From positions 2,842,289 to 2,890,316 of the forward strand of contig NC_069003.1 of NCBI RefSeq assembly GCF_001194135.2: DNA of 48,028 nt. Direction: 5' to 3'. The notes below the pieces were generated by a model, which saw only the letters and a list, made by a program, of their open reading frames with translations, did not search any database and had not been told where the DNA came from. The position numbers and the translations under genes are program-made. Within the stretch, counting starts at the first letter, position 1; every line of letters starts with the position of its first letter. This document shows positions 11,330 to 21,940 of the stretch, in pieces. The stretch comes from Octopus bimaculoides. Lineage: Eukaryota.

Positions 11330-11945
11330 CTATTCTCTGTCTGTCTATCTATCTAACTATCTATTTATTCTTTTCTCTTTCCTTTCTTATGTATTTCTTC
11401 CTCTGTTTCTCGATTTCCTTCTTTCTTTGTTTCCTTCTTCCTTCCTTTCATTCTTTCTTTCTTTCTTTCTTTCTTTATTTTCTTGCTTTTTTCTTTCGTT
11501 CTTTCTTCATTTAATTAATTAATTTTTTTCCTTCGTTCCATTCTTCCTTCTTTCCTTCCTTCCTTCCTTCCTTCCTTCCTTCGATTTTTCTTTTCTTCGA
11601 TCCTTCTTTCATCCGATCTTTCCTTCCATCCTTTCTTCCTCCCATCCTCCCTTCCAGCATCACTCCTTTCCTCCTTTCCTTCCTTTCCTACTGTTCCTTC
11701 ATTCCAGTCTCTTTCTATTTATCTATCGATTTCATTCCAAACATCCCCTTCCCACCATCTCCCCCACGCCTTCTCCCTTTCATTAATTTTATTTTTTTTC
11801 TTGTTTGCAATTTCCCACTAATTTCCAAATTCTTGCATTTCTTTCCTCCTTTTTCCTTCTTAATTCTTCTTCCATTTTATTTCTTCATTCATTTTAACGT
11901 AATTATTTATTAATTTACCTTTAATTTCTTCTCACTTCACCCTCT
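11330..11945 (+). repeat. About 600-bp polypyrimidine low-complexity tract ((TTTC)n/(TTCC)n)
   Basis: Read directly; the strand is overwhelmingly T/C. Confidence 0.9.
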
Positions 11946-11986
11946 CCCGCTACCTGAACGCCTCTTACAACATGACCAATTCTTAC

Positions 11987-12018
11987 CGTATATCTCGTTC
12001 TCTTGGACGTGATATCTG
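11987..12018 (-). CDS. Candidate 32-nt exon (one frame xRYHVQENEIYx)
   Basis: Minus strand TTTCCACACTTCTGCAG|CAGATATC...GATATACG|GTAAGA. Good acceptor (NAGNAG) and strong donor. Confidence 0.25.
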
Positions 12019-12171
12019 CTGCAGAAGTGTGGAAATTCCGACAATTCCCTAATTACATACATTTTCACAAGGTGTCAAACATTTTATCGCGTTGCATTCC
12101 AGATTTTTCAAAATGATCACAAACCAAAAATATGAGATTGGCGAGGAAATAGTGTATAGGTATCGTGACAA

Positions 12172-12545
12172 TGATGATGGTGATGGTGTAATGATGGTGG
12201 TGGTGAGATGGTACTGGTTGGGGTGATGACGATTACTGTTGGTGGTGGTGATGGTGGTGGTGGTGGTGGTAGTGGTGGTGGTGAGATGGTGGTGGTGGTG
12301 GTGGTGGTGGTGACGATTGTTGTTGGTGGTGGTGATGATGATGGTGTGATGATGGTGGCGGTGGTGGTAGTGGTGGTGGTGAGATGGTGGTGGTGGGTGT
12401 GGTGGTGGTGGTGATGGTGTGATGATAGTGGTAGTGGTAGTGGTAGTGGTGAGATGGTGGTGGTGGTGGTGGTGACGATTGCTGTTGGTGGTGGTGATGG
12501 TGTGATGATGGCGGTGGTGGTGATAGTGGTGGTGGTGAGATGGTG
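12172..12545 (+). repeat. (GGT/GAT)n-based minisatellite with higher-order units
   Basis: Marker GGTGAGATGG recurs 5 times, GACGATTnnTGTTGGTGGTGGTGAT 3 times, ATGGTGTGATGAT 3 times. Confidence 0.9.
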
Positions 12546-12995
12546 CTGCTATTATTATTATTATTGGAGCAACAGGGTACTTATCGATCCATCTGCAGCA
12601 AACTATAGCTGAAATTTATTTCTTGGAGAGTGAAGGTAAATTCGTAATTCATACACGAAAAATTATCATATCTGGGAATAATAGAAATCTGCAAGACTTT
12701 CTTAAGATTTGAAGGATGATGAACAAATAAGATGTTTTCCTTCACAACCTTGCTACCAAGGAGGTGGCTGGGCAAACTTTATTCAAAATTAAAAACGGAA
12801 AGAAAAGAATATAACTACATACATATATACATACATACATGTACACATACATACATACGTACATATATACACACATCACTATATACATAAGGTAGATCGA
12901 AAAGACACGATCTAAAACACTCACACACATACGCAAAGAAAGCAGCAACACTCACACACGCTGTCACACACAAACACATGCACAGTTTCTTTCTT

Positions 12996-13049
<54 letters not shown>

Positions 13050-13358
13050 ACACACACAAACACACTCATACAAACACATACACGCACAGAGTCTCTCTCT
13101 CACATAATCCCTCTCTCTCTATCTCTCTCTCTAGCATACACAAAACCAAACACATATGCACACACTCATTTTCTCTCTTTCTTATACACGAACACACATA
13201 CACAGAAACCAACACGCTGACACAAACCAACACTTACACAAACACACACACACAGAAAGACATTATCGCTAACAGTCACGTGACAAGTTATATTTTTCTC
13301 TTGTTTCCAACGTATTTCACCTGCAACCTCTTGATCGTTATTTATGATTTATTTGCAG

Positions 13359-13398
13359 TTCACAGAAAATCAGAGAATATGGACAGAGACAGCTCTGT
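13359..13398 (+). CDS. Candidate 40-nt exon ([14 protein letters not shown])
   Basis: Acceptor TTTATGATTTATTTGCAG|, donor TGT|GTAAGT. Together with 14329-14345 it totals 57 nt. Confidence 0.35.
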
Positions 13399-13434
13399 GT
13401 AAGTGTAAGGTAGATCTATGTATACTGTATGGCC

Positions 13435-13474
<40 letters not shown>

Positions 13475-13517
13475 ATATATATATAAATACACATATATAT
13501 ATAGACATATATATATA

Positions 13518-13579
<62 letters not shown>

Positions 13580-14328
13580 TACACATATATATATATATGT
13601 ACATGCACACACACACACACACATATATATGTATATATACTTATATTTGCGTGTGTGTATATGTGTGTGCATATATATATATATTTATGCATACACATAT
13701 TTTTGTGTTTGTGTGTATATAAATGTATTTAAATATGTATGTATATATGCATATATGTGAGTATGTACCTATATCTATATCTAACTCTATCTCTAAACGC
13801 ACACACACATATAAGTATATACATACACACATCGTATATATATACACCGACCTGTATATAATCAATATCGTATACTTAATGTATGTTTGTTATTAAACGT
13901 TTCAAAGTTATAATATTTCGTGCAAAAGAGATCCGTTTAAAGGTGCTATGTATATATCTACTTCTCGCCGGTTATGAGGTTCGCGTCGGGTAGAGGGCGA
14001 ATGTGTGACAAGAACCAGCGGAGATAAGCTCGAAATATCGGTATTCACCGTCTCGTTCACTCGCCTCTTCTTGATGTAGACTGTCTTTTTCTTTCATGAT
14101 ATATCTATCTCTAAAAGAATCTCTCTTCGACGAAATACTCTGGCTTTGTAACAGTTAACGACGGCCGTACATTAAGTATCTTATGCTGGTTACGCTCACA
14201 TTACTGCACTACTTCTAACACACACGCAGAATTTTGTTTTGCTCGTGCTACGCATTGGCTCATCAGCAGATATATTTTACGCTATTTGTACACATACTTC
14301 TAAATGTTGTGATTTGTTTCGTACGCAG

Positions 14329-14345
14329 AAGAACATGTGACACCG
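14329..14345 (+). CDS. Candidate 17-nt microexon (xRTCDTx)
   Basis: GATTTGTTTCGTACGCAG|AAGAACATGTGACACCG|GTGAGT. Consensus donor and non-repetitive flanks. Confidence 0.35.
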
Positions 14346-14698
14346 GTGAGTGAAATTACACGCGGAATATCACTATCTGCTGGTTTCTCATTTCGTGTTG
14401 AAATATGCTGCGTGATTTTCTCATACGTGTTCAAAGGGATCTACATTAAGTGAAATACTTCTTCAGCGTTTAACAAACACACATGCATTAAGTATGTCAT
14501 ATCGATAACGTCTATATTATTAAGCAAAGGAAAATGTTCTCTATATGGCCTCTGTGTGTTCTGTACTCTGGTTATTATATTTTTTTTGTCTACGTTTTGT
14601 TTGCAATATCCTGTACCCAGATATGCAGCTATATATATACAGGTAGACGTAGGTATGCACATACCTGTACGTATATATGCATATACTCATTTATTATT

Positions 14699-14734
<36 letters not shown>

Positions 14735-14847
14735 GGAACTATTCCATTGAGAAGCAAGGTTCTTATTACAAACACGACTGCGACATGCACACATACATAT
14801 ATACACATACACATATATATGTATATACATACATAAATACACACACA

Positions 14848-14905
<58 letters not shown>

Positions 14906-14927
14906 CATATATAAAAGATAAATACCC

Positions 14928-14987
14928 AAAGGCGATGCCCCAGCATGGCCACTGTCTAATAACTGAAGCAATTAAATGGTAAAAAGA
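14928..14987 (+). mobile_element. SINE family A 3' tail fragment
   Basis: AAAGGCGATGCCCCAGCATGGCCACTGTC..ACTGAAGCAATTAAATGGTAAAAGA, the reverse complement of the 28493 and 26160 tails. Confidence 0.65.
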
Positions 14988-15453
14988 TCAAATATGAAAC
15001 TGTAGTATTATTTTAAGCAGTAGAATAGATGAGAAAAGAAGAGAAATGTTACTCTGTAGCACTCATTATTAGTTTTCAGCTGTCGGTGATGTAGTGTTAT
15101 AATATATACCCACAAAAAAAAGTTTTAATGTATTGTTATATAATTTGATTTATTGTTCAAAGAATTATGCAAGACAGTAAACGTGGGACACAGAAATTGT
15201 CAAAGTTTAAAACTATACATAAAAGCTGAATATCTTAAAACATTATTCGCTGAAAAATTCACTAATTTAATCTTTACAAGCTTGTTGAGTGTTCATATTT
15301 TGAATAATCTCTTAGTTATCATCTCGATATAACCCACTCATCTTGTCCAGAGCTCTTATATGACAATCGAAAAATATATATAATTCAATACTTTAACAGC
15401 ATTTAATCGAATCTCTTGTACCGTGCTGACATCAAAGGAAGGAGACCATTTTT

Positions 15454-15507
15454 ATAAGTCAGCCATCTATCATAAGTCAGCTATCTATCTTAATTCAGCT
15501 ATCTATC
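15454..15507. repeat. 18-bp tandem repeat x3
   Basis: ATAAGTCAGCCATCTATC / ATAAGTCAGCTATCTATC / TTAATTCAGCTATCTATC. Confidence 0.9.
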
Positions 15508-15611
15508 ATAAAACGTTAGTACATTATAAAATTCCTGTCACCTTAGCACAACGTATTTGGACATTTTGCGTTGGATATACTGAAATACTGTCTTAGCCAT
15601 GGTGCTGGTGA

Positions 15612-15890
15612 AGAGGCGTGGCTTTGTGTTTATGGGCATCCGGTTCACGATCGCATGGTCGTGAGTTCGTTTCCCGGCAGCGCGTTGTGTCTTTGGGAAA
15701 GACGTTTTATTTCACGGACAACGAGTTGTATTTTATTTCAAGAGAGCTAGCTTTTTAACATTCAGTGTCATGATCAATCTCCCTGGACACTACGTTAAGA
15801 GTACGCGTGTCTGTGGAGCACTTTGCCACAGAGCATAGTGCTCCGTTGATGGGATCGACTGGGTCACCCACTCTTGTAATCAGCGGTCAG
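15612..15890 (+). mobile_element. tRNA-derived SINE family C1 (CORE-like middle, 3' domain shared with C2)
   Basis: Head GCGTGGC..GAGTTCGTTTCCCGG, middle GTTGTGTCTTTGGGAAAGACGTTTTATTTCAC, and 3' CTACGTTAAGAGTACGCGTGTCTGTGGAG shared with 37921-38309. Confidence 0.88.
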
Positions 15891-16276
15891 CCAGGTCGGT
15901 ATGGTATATCTACAGGAAAGTTCGGACCAAAGACATCAGAGAGATCATCTTGTCACGTAAATATACAAAACATACATATACCTATAAAACTCTGTGTTCG
16001 TCTCATCATTAATTCAAGAAGATGTAACTGTTATATCGAGCTTGTTAAACAAATGAGTAGAAGCTATTTTAATGAAAAGGATCATTAAGTATTGATTAAT
16101 ATTGGTTATCATATACAAAATGTCGATATAGAGAGCATGTGTATAGTAAAGAAGGAACTAGTGTCGTTTATTGTCTTCAGCTTTTACGCCATTTTAGGCA
16201 GAAGCAATTTATTAATAATTATTATATAAGGCTCCTAGCACCAATGCACGTATGTATGTATGTACATTTGTCTAAG

Positions 16277-16318
<42 letters not shown>

Positions 16319-17069
16319 NNNNNNNNNNNNNNNNNNNNNNNNNNNNNNNNNNNNNNNNNNNNNNNNNNNNNNNNNNNNNNNNNNNNNNNNNNNNNNNNNN
16401 NNNNNNNNNNNNNNNNNNNNNNNNNNNNNNNNNNNNNNNNNNNNNNNNNNNNNNNNNNNNNNNNNNNNNNNNNNNNNNNNNNNNNNNNNNNNNNNNNNNN
16501 NNNNNNNNATATATATATATATATATATAAAACGTATCTATATATACGTATGTATGTATACATGTGTGTATGCATATATATGTAGATACGTGTGTGCATA
16601 TGTAAATATGCATTACATATAGATTTCACGTGTCTGTGTATATACATATGTGTGTGTGTGAGAGTATATAATTTGTGTCTCTGTGTAAGTGGGCGTGTAA
16701 TTTGTAGGCGTGCGTACGCTGCATATACAAACGCATAGGCTGAAACATTTCAAATTGCAACAATTAATTTCACGGTATCGGTCTTCAGGCAAATGTGAAA
16801 ATTGAATACAACAACCACTTTTAAATAATAGGTAAAATAAAATACTTTTGAAAAGATCGAAATATTTTTAAGAAATCCATCTTGATAAATAAGAAATCTG
16901 ATCTCGTGAGCACTTGCTGTCATTGTATAAATAATTGTCATTATATCAATAATTGTTTCCTTCCCGTCAAATATTTGTGACCATTTCTATGCGATATAAT
17001 CTTCCTGGATACGAAGTTATGTTCATGCACATTGAAAGAAGCCCAGCAATATTTCTTATGTTTTAAAGC

Positions 17070-17265
17070 CGACGAGCTATCAGAAACGTTAGCAGGCCGG
17101 GCGAAATGCTTAGCGGTATTTCGTCTGTCTTTACGTTCTGAGTTCAAATTCCGCCGAGGTTGACTTTGTCTTTCTTTCATTCGGGTCGATAAATTAAATA
17201 CCAGTTGCATACTGGGGTCGATATTATAGATTCCCTCCCTCTCCAAATGTTTCGGGCGTTTGTGC
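17070..17265 (+). mobile_element. SINE family B, tail missing
   Basis: GAGCTATCAGAAACGTTAGCAGGCCGGGCGAAATGCTTAGCGG..GAGTTCAAATTCCGCCGAGG.. (A-box-like and B-box-like). Confidence 0.93.
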
Positions 17266-17269
17266 ATTT

Positions 17270-17405
17270 GTGCATGACCGTTTGTTTGTGTCTGTCAACC
17301 ATCACTGATTGTCAGCCAGTGTAAGTTCGTTTACATCCCTATGACATGGTGCTTCGACAACGAAGACGATGAGCTACATGCTGGCTTCAGTTCGAAAAGA
17401 ATAAA
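17270..17405 (+). mobile_element. Degenerate SINE family A 3' half abutting the B copy
   Basis: TTTGTTTGTGTCTGTCAACCATCACTGATTG..GTTTACATCCC resembles 24735-24770 and the reverse complement of 28600-28680. Confidence 0.55.
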
Positions 17406-17828
17406 CTCTTATCGTTCGTAGTCCTATCACTGATATAAGTGAAGCAATAAAAAATATTGAGGACACATATGAACGATTTTCATCTATCACCTTTGCGCTC
17501 ATGAACGTACACACACTCTCTCACACGGACTCACATGGATTCACTCTCACACACAAATACACGCACACATACATTCTTTTATTCTTTTATTCTTTTGCAG
17601 GCTTCAGCACTATCCTAAGCAAAGTGGAATTCGCGAAAACCAGACGGATGCCTACGTTATTGAAACAAGCGTAGCTCGATAATATGATGCTAATATTTTC
17701 ATATCTTTATTCCTTTATTTGTTAATACACACCGCAACACACACGTGTGTGTGTGAGTGTGTGTGTTTGTTTGTTCTGAAATGTTGTCTACTTGTTTTAT
17801 TCAACACAATTATATTTATGAGGGTATG

Positions 17829-17889
<61 letters not shown>

Positions 17890-17979
17890 TCCTTCCTTTC
17901 TTTCTTTCTCTCTCAATCTTTCTCTACTCACATACATATATACACAAATGGATAAAAACATGCATATATATATATATAT

Positions 17980-18044
<65 letters not shown>

Positions 18045-18497
18045 CGTACACACATTCACACTCATACGCACACACATATGTGTGTGTCTTTGTGCGCGTG
18101 TTTGTACGTACGCTAGTGTCTATCTGTGTGTATTCGTGTGCTTGTATGTTTATATATACCTTATTATTGAATAATTTCCAACAAACAATAATATCTGTGT
18201 TTATATTTAAGCTTTACCATCTTATTTCGCAACTAATTTTATAGTATTAACACCTAGATAGACGAGACCATTTACATTTTCATATCGTCTACAATTTCAT
18301 TAAATAATTAGTAGTAGATAACGTTTTATGTTCCTTTTTATTTTATAGACTTGATTTACTTTAAGAAACAGTAATATGTAGAGTTTCATTTTTTTATGTA
18401 ACGATAAATACAATTTATTTACAAACTACAACGCCTTCTCTTTTTAGCATCTTTAGATAGATTTCTGTCTGTCTAATGTGTTGTCTGTTATACGAAC

Positions 18498-18722
18498 GCA
18501 GCGAGCTGGCAGAATCGTTAGCACGCCGGGCGAAATGCTTAGTGGTATTTCGTCCGTCTTTACGTTCGGAAGTTCAAATTCCGCCGAGGTCGACTTCGCC
18601 TTTTTATTCTTTCGGGGGTAGAAAAATTAAATACCAGTTGCGTACTGGGGTAGATCTAAATGACTTGCATCCCCCCCCCCCACAAATTTCGCACCTTGTG
18701 CCCAGAGTACAAACAAAAATAA
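18498..18722 (+). mobile_element. SINE family B, first copy of tandem dimer
   Basis: GCGAGCTGGCAGAATCGTTAGCACGCCGGGCGAAATGC..CCTTGTGCCCAGAGTACAAAC. Confidence 0.95.
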
Positions 18723-18725
18723 GAA

Positions 18726-18943
18726 GGCGGTGAGCTGGCAGAATCGTTAGCACGCCGGACGAAATGCTTAGTGGTATTTCGTCCGCCTTTATGTTCCGAG
18801 TTCAAATTCCGCTGAGGTCGCCTTCGCCTTTCATGCTTTTGGGGTAGAAAAATTAAATACCAGTTGCGTACTGGAGTCAATCTAATCGTCTGGTTCCCTC
18901 TTCTAAAATTTCGGGCCTCGTGCCAAGAGAGTAGAAAAGAATA
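18726..18943 (+). mobile_element. SINE family B, second copy of tandem dimer (tail type 1)
   Basis: GGCGGTGAGCTGGCAGAATCGTTAGC..GTGCCAAGAGAGTAGAAAAGAATA. Confidence 0.95.
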
Positions 18944-20389
18944 TATAAGAGTTTCATTTTCTTTCAGTTTAATGCTTTATCTGTTAAAATAATGCGTGAG
19001 TGGTTACTGCATGAGGAAAATAAACACACACACATACACACATATATGTATATATATACACTTACTCATAAACGCATATTCATGTACGAATGTATTTATG
19101 TATATATACTAATCCCTCAACTATCGCGTGTGTTCCAACCTTCCCCATCCCCCGTGATGGGTGAATATCCGCGAGATGGAAACAGTACTGTACTGTATAG
19201 TTTTTTAAAAATTATTTTTGTAATTTGTATATATCTATTTTATTATAAATACAAAACAACACCAGGGAGGAATCGACGTAAGCTGAAATAATAAACCGCG
19301 ATACGGCGAGGGATTAATGTATATGTAGTACTGGAACAAAACCATTCATTGTATGAGCACCGGCACGTGATTATTTTAGTTTCGAGGAAGGAATTAACTA
19401 CACTTCCGTTGCAAAACACCTACTCTATATTTATTTATTGAGTACAATCACCCCTGGCCTACACACTGAAATCTGCACACACACACACACACGCACACAT
19501 GTATATATGTAAGAAAGTGTGTATGTTATATATACACAAATCTAGACATATCTACACCAGCATACACACATACATGTGTGTACATATGTGAATATTTGCA
19601 TTCAAGACTGCTTATTTTTGTGTATATCAATATTAACGTGTAAGTAAATACGTATGTATGTACGTATGTATGTATGTACGTACGTATGTATGTATGTATG
19701 TATGTACGTACGTACGTACTCAGGTATTCATATATACGTCTACATATGCAATAGATGTTGTGACTTCTCATTAATACACAGATAGTGTGTTTTATTTCTT
19801 AAAAAAATAAAACGCAGGCATCAGTTCCATCTACCAATTCAATTTTCCTTCTCCAAGTTTCGTTATGTTGTTTGCCTTATTTCTTCGAATCTAATAATCC
19901 ACTTTCAGACTTAATGGCATGACAGATCAAAAAGTCAATATATATTATGTACATCGCCTGAAAAATCGTGTTTTCTTTTTTTGGTGGGGGGTAAAAGCTA
20001 CTGCATCTTGTCGTTTATATGTATATATGTGTACGTATATGTGAATGTACACGTATACGTTTGTATAAGTGTATATGTGTGTATATATATATGTGTGTGT
20101 GTGTGTTTTGTCTTGTGATTTTGGTATGGCATGACGCCCGCGCACTCATGATATAATTTGACATGGTTGCCAACCTGAAGGCAAGACTATATATAACGAA
20201 AGAAACGTGTTGAACATAATGTTACTCTCAAGAAACATCTTTGCTTTTACCTAAGATATATTGCTGGGTTATAAATTCTAGATAATGAGTTGAATGTAAG
20301 AAACAAGAAATAAAATAAAATTGAAACATTGGTTACTATAAGACTGTGGAAGGCTTTATCAGATACACTTATATATATACATGCATATA

Positions 20390-20512
<123 letters not shown>

Positions 20513-20929
20513 ATGTATCTATATACATGCATATGTGTGTATATGTATATATATAAACATATATGTACAAATATATATGTATATATATATATGTATGTAT
20601 AATAAATAAATATATATTGGATTTTGTGTCCTCCTCAACATAACCTCGGGTAATAGCAAATTAAATGCGTATAGGGATTTTTTAGATCATATAAATGATG
20701 TTGATGATGGCAAACAGCTGCAAAAAAATTGTTCAATAACAATACCAATAATAATAATGATAACAACGATATATGAGCTCAAGAGAAGAATTGTATCTCA
20801 CTAATATACACAGATGGCAACACGTTTGCGCGCAGAAATAGATATACGCTCACACATTTTTGAACACACATATATGCTATTTTATATACATACATACATA
20901 AATGTATGTATGTATTTGTGTATGTATGT

Positions 20930-20934
20930 GTGTG

Positions 20935-20975
<41 letters not shown>

Positions 20976-21055
20976 GTATCTGTCTGTCTGTCAGTCTGTC
21001 TTTCTGTCTGTTTATCTGTCTGTCTGTCTATCTTTACTATCTCTCTATCTATCTG

Positions 21056-21117
<62 letters not shown>

Positions 21118-21137
21118 CATCCATCCATCCATCCATC
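20930..21137. repeat. Compound (TCTA)n/(TCTG)n/(TCCA)n microsatellite
   Basis: Read directly. Confidence 0.95.
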
Positions 21138-21222
21138 GGGAGAATTTGAACTCAGAACGTAAAGGCAGACGAAATACCAGAAAGCATTTCGGCCGGCGAG
21201 CCCACATTTGCGCCAGCTTGCT
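21138..21222 (-). mobile_element. SINE family B head only
   Basis: GAATTTGAACTCAGAACGTAAAGGCAGACGAAATACC..GCCAGCTTGC. Confidence 0.88.
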
Positions 21223-21396
21223 TTATTCAGCGTCACAAAGAATGTGACAAGACTGAACTTTTGAAAATCAAGTATAGTTTATCTTTTCCAAACGAACAGA
21301 CTGGAACAACGTGGAATATAATGTCAGAAATGCGCAGCCGGGAATCGAACCCACGACATTAGGCTCGTGAGCTGAATCCCCAGACCACCTAGCCAT
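21223..21396 (-). mobile_element. SINE family C1, 5' half (truncated by the B head)
   Basis: GCCGGGAATCGAACCCACGAC (reverse-complement B box) and TTCAGCGTCACAAAGAATGTGACAAG, matching 38060-38090. Confidence 0.8.
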
Positions 21397-21916
21397 ATAC
21401 ATACAAATACATATATGCGTGTGCGTGTGCATGTATGCATGTATTTAAGTCTGTATGTCTTTAATTGACACAGAAACAGGAAACGAATTGAGGTAAGAGC
21501 CTCTGGTCTTCTGCTTACGGTATATTAGTGTAGAAGACATAACGGTAAATGTAGGTGACAGGTGGGTATCTTGTCTTCTGATAATTCAAGCTTGATTTTG
21601 TGATATCAGATTTCCTTAAGAGATATTAACTGCGTAACTCAATGTTATCATAATTTTTTTTTTTTTTGTTATTTTATTTAAACTTATGCAGTGAAAATAA
21701 TATATCGAAAATGACTTTTCACTTAAGTATGTTTAACAGAAAGTTAAAGAAACAAAAATAAAAAGAGAGCCGGAAACTCTGTTTTGTACATGCATTGAGT
21801 AAAGAAAGTATTAATCGGATTGACAGAAAGAGAATTCAGCCTCGATCTAAATCATGTTTTTATAAGCGAAATATTCGCCGCCATATCGATCAAAAACGAT
21901 TAACTCGTATTTTCGA

Positions 21917-21940
21917 ATGGCGGAAGAATATGCGGAGAAG
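21917..21940 (+). CDS. Candidate coding exon ending MAEEYAEK (first exon, or 3' part of a 74-nt exon from 21867)
   Basis: ATGGCGGAAGAATATGCGGAGAAG|GTAAGT (perfect donor) in a CpG-enriched patch with YY1-like motifs. A possible acceptor TTTTTATAAG lies at 21866. Confidence 0.4.

Noticed and set aside
12208-12414. Gly/Val-rich ORF
   Set aside because: Translation of the (GGT)n minisatellite.
12576-12635. 60-nt plus-strand exon candidate (YLSIHLQQTIAEIYFLESE)
   Set aside because: The acceptor lacks a pyrimidine tract (it follows a TAT repeat); insufficient support.
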